Virus record (IMG/VR): IMGVR_UViG_3300023179_000399
Span: 1 to 28,474 of that record
Direction: 5' to 3' (one strand)
DNA length: 28,474 nt
Origin: a virus
Lineage: Duplodnaviria; Caudoviricetes
The translations under genes were made by a program, and so were the position numbers. A model generated the notes under the pieces. That model searched no databases, was not told the DNA's origin, and worked only from the letters and a program-made list of their open reading frames with translations. Below, one piece after another: positions 24,102 to 28,474 of this stretch. The first letter of the stretch is position 1; the number at the start of each line of letters is the position of its first letter.

Positions 24102-25940
24102 TCAACTCTCGGGTGGAAGGGAATCGAAATCGGCCCCGATGTCCACCATCTTTTTCGGGACGTAGGTCTTCCCGTCCGGCAACAGGCGCTTCTTGTCGTA
24201 CCCGCTGACGATCCGCTTGGTGACCTGGCGCCACGTCCCCAGGACCTTCACCGTCTCGTCCTCCTCGTCGGGGATCCGGTTGGCGCAGACGATGGATTCG
24301 CGCAGGCGCCACGGCTGCCAGAAGTCGGCGGTGCCCTCGTCGTAGAAGGTGTCCTGCATCTTCTTCGGGACGCCCTTCGCCTTGGTGACCTGACCCTTCT
24401 TCGGGGTCTCGTACCGGTACATTTTTGGGCTCCGCGTCTCCACGAACGTGGGTCGGTCCTCAAGCTTCATCTCGCCCAGCTCGGTGGAAAGCGGGAACGG
24501 AAGGTCCTTGCCTTCCCACTCGAAGAACAGCGAATCGGTGTCGCAGTAGATCAGGTTCTTCGCCCCGACCTGGTGCATGTAGCGCATCAGCGCCATGCGC
24601 CCGTAGGACGTCACGTAGGACGCGTGGAGGTAGTTGACGTGGTCGGGCAGAGGAATCTCCACCTCGGTCAGCAGCTTGCTCCCGAAGGGGATTCCCGGAC
24701 GTTGAAGAATCATGTCGCCGTCCTCGCCCTCCACCACCATGTCATCGGTCAGGTGAATCGAACGGGTGACCGACCCTTTCATGCCCAGTTGTCCGTAGAG
24801 ATTGTTCATGAGCAGCTTGTAGAACAGGGTCTTCCCCTCGTCGGGTTCGGCCTTGTCCAGCTCCTCCTTCCGCAGCCGGTAGAACGTCTTCACGAACTCC
24901 GCGTAGTAGGCCACGCCGGTCCTCGATCCGTAGCAGTCGTGCAGCTTGATGATCCGGGTCCCTTTGCGCAGCGCGTAGCGGATCTCGTGAACGGTCCACC
25001 ATCCCTCAACCGGTCCGACCGGGAAACAGACCTCGCCGCTCCCCTCACGCTTCACCGGCAGGGGTCCGATCAGTTCGGTGATGGGGATCTCCAACTCGAT
25101 ATGGCAGACCCCGTACAACTCGTCATCGGACCGGAGCAGGAAGTCCGCATCCTCGAGGCTTTTGCAGTCGAACCACTGGTCCGCCGCCTCCGGGAACTTG
25201 TTCAGCATCGTGCTCGGGTACAGCGAATTGATGTCGGTGTAGTAGATGTTCCGGCCCTGCGCACCGGTGCGGAACAACTCCACCCGGCCCCCGGAATAGG
25301 CGTTGCGGATCTCCGCCGCGGAGCACTGCCAGTTGTGGCCACCGAGCACCGGACCGTTCCAGATGCCCACGGCCAGCGACCCCAGCGTCGACTTCATGTC
25401 GCAGCCGAACGAGGCGGCGATGTCCTCGGCCAGGTGGACGGCGCGGCCTACGATCTCCACGTCGCGGAAGACGTACTCCTCGCCCTGGTCGTCAAACTCG
25501 AGCTTCTCGAGGCCCACGGACTTGCCGACCTTGGCCAGCGGCATCGGCCACAAGTTGCTCGAGTCGAGAAGGGTGACGTTGCGCCACTTGGCGCGGACGA
25601 GGCGGTTGCCGACCATGGTGATGTCCAGGTCGTCGAGGTGGTCCCGCCAGATGTTCCCGATGTCGTAGGCGAGGTTGTGGGCGTACAGGCGGGTGCCTGG
25701 GCCGCGGTCCTCGAGCCATTGCAGGAACGGGGAGACGTCCCAGACGGTCTCGGTGTACCGGCCGCGTTTGCGCTTGTGGTTGGCCAACGGGCGGTAGTGG
25801 AACTTCTCGCCGGTGCGGAAATCGATCCCGGCAATCTGGGTGCAGACCTTCTCGTAGCCGGGATGGTCCTGCTTTGCCTCGCTGAACCGCTTGGAATCGT
25901 CCTCGGTGTCGAAGGCGCAGAAGTTGGCGGTTTGGATCAT
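24102..25940 (-). CDS. polB: Protein-primed family B DNA polymerase
   Basis: ExoI FDTE, ExoII YAHNLAYD, ExoIII Y...DV, YSGGR, DINSLYP, KLLMNNLYG, YCDTDS, KMY, KAKGV; TPR1-like LP.K....FP.G...GWW insert. Confidence 0.96.
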   Translation of the reverse strand: MIQTANFCAFDTEDDSKRFSEAKQDHPGYEKVCTQIAGIDFRTGEKFHYRPLANHKRKRGRYTETVWDVSPFLQWLEDRGPGTRLYAHNLAYDIGNIWRDHLDDLDITMVGNRLVRAKWRNVTLLDSSNLWPMPLAKVGKSVGLEKLEFDDQGEEYVFRDVEIVGRAVHLAEDIAASFGCDMKSTLGSLAVGIWNGPVLGGHNWQCSAAEIRNAYSGGRVELFRTGAQGRNIYYTDINSLYPSTMLNKFPEAADQWFDCKSLEDADFLLRSDDELYGVCHIELEIPITELIGPLPVKREGSGEVCFPVGPVEGWWTVHEIRYALRKGTRIIKLHDCYGSRTGVAYYAEFVKTFYRLRKEELDKAEPDEGKTLFYKLLMNNLYGQLGMKGSVTRSIHLTDDMVVEGEDGDMILQRPGIPFGSKLLTEVEIPLPDHVNYLHASYVTSYGRMALMRYMHQVGAKNLIYCDTDSLFFEWEGKDLPFPLSTELGEMKLEDRPTFVETRSPKMYRYETPKKGQVTKAKGVPKKMQDTFYDEGTADFWQPWRLRESIVCANRIPDEEDETVKVLGTWRQVTKRIVSGYDKKRLLPDGKTYVPKKMVDIGADFDSLPPES

Positions 25941-26593
25941 GGTACAGGTTGATCTATGATGGGACCATCATCATACCTTGATTTAGGGCTTTTGGGATAC
26001 GCCCTGACAATGGGGTATGACAGCTTGTTCTTCATTTTCCGAATCTGCTGCCTATTGCCAACAAATTGGAAATACCTATGTTTAGGCATTGGTGGTACTT
26101 TTTCAATCCCGTTTTCCTTGGCCCACCTGACAGGATCTGTAATTCCTCTGTCTCTTAGTGTCATTGGATGAACTCTTTTACCATCTACAATGTAAGCATT
26201 GTCATGAGACTTTGTTGCTCCGGTATAAATCCAGTTAGTAGCCTGATAAATGATGCCGGAATGTCCTTGTTCACTGTCGGCATACGACACAATAGCGCAT
26301 GGTGCTTCAAGCATTTGAAGACTGTTTCCTACAAGGAATGATGCTGCATTCTTTTTGGTTGTTTGCACTACTAGTCTTGCTAGTTCAAGTAGCTTGAAGT
26401 CTCGGTCTTTAAATGCGTGTTTTTGAATTGGGGGTGAAGGTTGACCATATACGCAAACTCCTTCAATTTTTCCATCAATAACCAGTCCAAAACCATGCCA
26501 GAAAATAGGTGCTCTGTGAGAATAGTGTTTTGCGATTACCCATCTGTCGCAATCCTTTTTGGTGAGTTGTATTACATTCATTGTTGGCGACAT
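25937..26593 (-). CDS. Mom-like GNAT DNA-modification protein
   Basis: HYSH, GV..YG.P, LELARL, NAASFL...SL..L, IVSYAD..QGH.G.IYQATNW.YTG, KHRY. Confidence 0.85.
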   Translation of the reverse strand: MSPTMNVIQLTKKDCDRWVIAKHYSHRAPIFWHGFGLVIDGKIEGVCVYGQPSPPIQKHAFKDRDFKLLELARLVVQTTKKNAASFLVGNSLQMLEAPCAIVSYADSEQGHSGIIYQATNWIYTGATKSHDNAYIVDGKRVHPMTLRDRGITDPVRWAKENGIEKVPPMPKHRYFQFVGNRQQIRKMKNKLSYPIVRAYPKSPKSRYDDGPIIDQPVP

Positions 26594-26596
26594 GAC

Positions 26597-27508
26597 CTAC
26601 TTGTTGGTGACCCGAATCAATCTCGGCTGGATCTCCACCGCCGATACCCGCACTTCCGGCAGTCTCCGCTTCAACCAGGGCTGACCCCGGCGCGTCCACT
26701 GGCTCCGCTTCCGGCCCCGGTTCTCCGGCAGCCTCGAGATCCGACGAGCCGAGCCCTGTGAAACAAAACCGAGCACGGAGAGGTGCTCGGCGATCAGTGC
26801 GTAGATTTTCTGGGTGAAGTAGGGCGTGTAGAAATCGGTGTCCTTGGATCCCTGCTCCCGGCGCTGGCCGAAGTCGTCGGACACGGTGATCAACTTTTTC
26901 ATCCCGTCCGGCGTGGTCAGCTCGACCTTCACGTCCACCATCATCGGCAGGTTGCCGACCCCGCGTCCACCCGTCGCCTTCTCTGCCAATCGTCGCATCG
27001 CGTCCGCCGCCAGCGGCACCACCGTCTCATGCCATCGCACCGACCCCTTCCTCGCCACCACCACCACCGGCTGCACCAGCTTGTCGCCCCGGACGACGAA
27101 CAACTTCGTCGCCTTCCTGCGCGCCGACTGGGTTGGGAACTGCTGCGGGTCCAGCGTGTGCGGCCGGTACGGCAACGGGACCTTGCTCTTGGCCGTGCGC
27201 CTCTTACCGGTCGAGGTGTAGACCTTCTCGACGTAGGGACGGACAGTGCGGTTCTTGGTGACGTAGAACGCGTAGACCTTGCCGCGGTAGTTGGATCCCA
27301 CACGGTCACCGGTCTTGGCCTTCGACGTCGGACTGGCGGCGATCAGGACGATGGTGCCCAGCTCCGATTTCCTGGGTCGGAACTTCTTCCGGACCGCCTC
27401 GTAGGCGGTGACCACCTTGCTGGCCTTGGTCTGGGCCTTGAGTTTTTCTGCGAACTTTTTCCCGAACCGTTGACGAAGGCTCGGGTTTTCTTCGGAGTCG
27501 TCGGACAT
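26597..27508 (-). CDS. Candidate terminal protein (basic, 303 aa)
   Basis: Very K/R-rich, typical size, first gene of the PolB operon; called by position only. Confidence 0.55.
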   Translation of the reverse strand: MSDDSEENPSLRQRFGKKFAEKLKAQTKASKVVTAYEAVRKKFRPRKSELGTIVLIAASPTSKAKTGDRVGSNYRGKVYAFYVTKNRTVRPYVEKVYTSTGKRRTAKSKVPLPYRPHTLDPQQFPTQSARRKATKLFVVRGDKLVQPVVVVARKGSVRWHETVVPLAADAMRRLAEKATGGRGVGNLPMMVDVKVELTTPDGMKKLITVSDDFGQRREQGSKDTDFYTPYFTQKIYALIAEHLSVLGFVSQGSARRISRLPENRGRKRSQWTRRGQPWLKRRLPEVRVSAVEIQPRLIRVTNK

Positions 27509-27517
27509 GGCTTTGGC

Positions 27518-27545
27518 ATTGTCCCCCGCGGTGGGGTGGGGTCAA
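27518..27545 (-). promoter_or_regulatory. Promoter of the replication operon
   Basis: TTGACC-N16-GACAAT; ATG 9 nt downstream. Confidence 0.65.
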
Positions 27546-27640
27546 GGATCCTCCCGCCGGAACACTGACGCGGTTGTGCTTCGTGGTCCGTGCGCCGCCG
27601 GGATACCGCAAAAATCGGCGGCTACGGGAGGATCCGAAAA

Positions 27641-27943
27641 TCAGATGAAAGTGGTGATACCAGAAGTGACAGCTATCGAGTCTTGACGATACTTTTTTCG
27701 CAACTCGATAAGACAGTTGTTGAATTCCTCGATGTCTTCCTTGGTCACCCGGATAGTGGATACCATGCACAGGTTCTGGTAAGTGCTCCAGGTCGAGGGT
27801 CCTCCACAGAAATGGACTGCTTCAGAATATGTTGTGACAAGTCTCATGAACTCATCGCAAAACAAAGACCACTCCTGTTGTGTTAGCTTGTTGTCGGTGT
27901 TTCCGATCTGGAAGACACAGGTGTAGGTGGAGGGAGGGGTCAT
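27641..27943 (-). CDS. Conserved-type phage hypothetical protein (100 aa)
   Basis: IGN.D.KLTQ.EW..F, F.GG.....YQN, Y.QDSIA motifs. Confidence 0.8.
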   Translation of the reverse strand: MTPPSTYTCVFQIGNTDNKLTQQEWSLFCDEFMRLVTTYSEAVHFCGGPSTWSTYQNLCMVSTIRVTKEDIEEFNNCLIELRKKYRQDSIAVTSGITTFI

Positions 27944-27969
27944 GGGTTGTGGTGGAAGTGCAAGAAAAA
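27943..27969 (-). repeat. 27-bp sub-terminal inverted repeat, right copy (partner 417-443)
   Basis: Exact reverse-complement match. Confidence 0.92.
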
Positions 27970-27977
27970 CTTTCTAT

Positions 27978-28208
27978 TCAATCGGGAATATTCTCCACGA
28001 TCCAGCGGACCCCAAGTTCCGGGACATCACTTGTTTTGATGTCCGTCCAAAGAGCAGCAAAACGAGAGACAAAGTAGGCCCGGAGGCGACCATTGTGGAT
28101 GGAGTTATGGTGGATCCTACCGGGACCAAATAGAGAAAACGTCTCCACTCGGGAAATATATCGACCCTTCTTTGGGCTTGGCATTGATTTGAAAAAATTC
28201 GGTATCAC
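27978..28208 (-). CDS. Hypothetical protein (~76 aa)
   Basis: GTG overlaps the upstream TGA; start uncertain. Confidence 0.5.
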   Translation of the reverse strand: MIPNFFKSMPSPKKGRYISRVETFSLFGPGRIHHNSIHNGRLRAYFVSRFAALWTDIKTSDVPELGVRWIVENIPD

Positions 28209-28345
28209 TTGGAATCTCCAATCTTCAGAAGCTCGTTCCAACACGTTGAACAAACCTTTCCATACCCTCGGACATAGCGAGTTCCGGCAGAGCTATCACA
28301 CCGGACACAGGGTTTCCGCATTTTGAATTTGATCGTGGTGCTCAT
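28205..28345 (-). CDS. Small Zn-ribbon protein (46 aa, not in ORF track)
   Basis: MSTTIKFKMRKPCVRCDSSAGTRYVRGYGKVCSTCWNELLKIGDSK; two CxxC pairs; ATG 2 nt beyond the inner ITR boundary. Confidence 0.7.
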   Translation of the reverse strand: MSTTIKFKMRKPCVRCDSSAGTRYVRGYGKVCSTCWNELLKIGDSK

Positions 28346-28347
28346 TG

Positions 28348-28474
28348 CACCGCCACCCTACCCCACCGCGCCGCCGGCACAAGTTTTTTCTTCGGAATTC
28401 GTGCAGGCCCCCCTGGTCGCACATCCTGGTCGCCCCCTCGACATGTCCCCCGATCGTGTCGAAAAACCAGCCCC
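28348..28474 (-). repeat. Right inverted terminal repeat (127 bp)
   Basis: Exact reverse complement of 1-127. Confidence 0.98.

Larger units (their letters stand above)
1..28474. mobile_element. Complete linear genome of a tailless, protein-primed-replication bacteriophage with two paralogous capsid proteins
   Basis: The window starts and ends in the same inverted repeat, encodes a protein-primed PolB and a capsid-like operon, and has tightly packed genes in two converging arms. No host housekeeping genes were seen. Confidence 0.93.

Noticed and set aside
24003-25952. 649-aa + strand ORF, and other long antisense ORFs such as 940-2394, 6355-7524 and 16061-16924
   Set aside because: Shadow frames of high-GC3 genes on the opposite strand, with no motifs.
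1-28474. Linear plasmid, casposon/Polinton or tailed phi29-like phage
   Set aside because: A capsid/spike/holin module is present, and no integrase, Cas1, terminase, portal, HK97-type capsid or tail genes were recognised.
1-28474. CRISPR array, tRNA or rRNA genes
   Set aside because: No regularly spaced repeats or cloverleaf-like sequences were seen, and intergenic space is minimal; tRNAscan/Infernal were not run.

Overview
The window appears to be the complete linear dsDNA genome (28,474 bp) of a tailless, probably membrane-containing bacterial virus. It has perfect 127-bp inverted terminal repeats starting GGGG, a protein-primed family-B DNA polymerase, a candidate terminal protein and a candidate SSB. 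A short left arm (205-5416, + strand) carries early genes: DUF932, an SF2 helicase, an HNH-like nuclease and small ORFs. Everything from 28345 down to 5432 is on the - strand: replication genes and a Mom-like DNA modifier, a transglutaminase-like Cys-His-Asp enzyme, many tail-anchored membrane proteins, an Arg-rich core protein, two paralogous (probably single-jelly-roll) capsid proteins, vertex/spike modules, a lipoprotein and holin, and an effector cluster (ART-PolyVal-like, GP88-like). I found no terminase, portal, tail, FtsK/A32 packaging ATPase or endolysin. The most striking unexplained signal is an R-x-N-P motif repeated in the core protein and at module joints of three clustered effector proteins, which suggests a cargo-tagging or proteolytic maturation system. 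All family calls come from motif recognition by eye; no searches were run.
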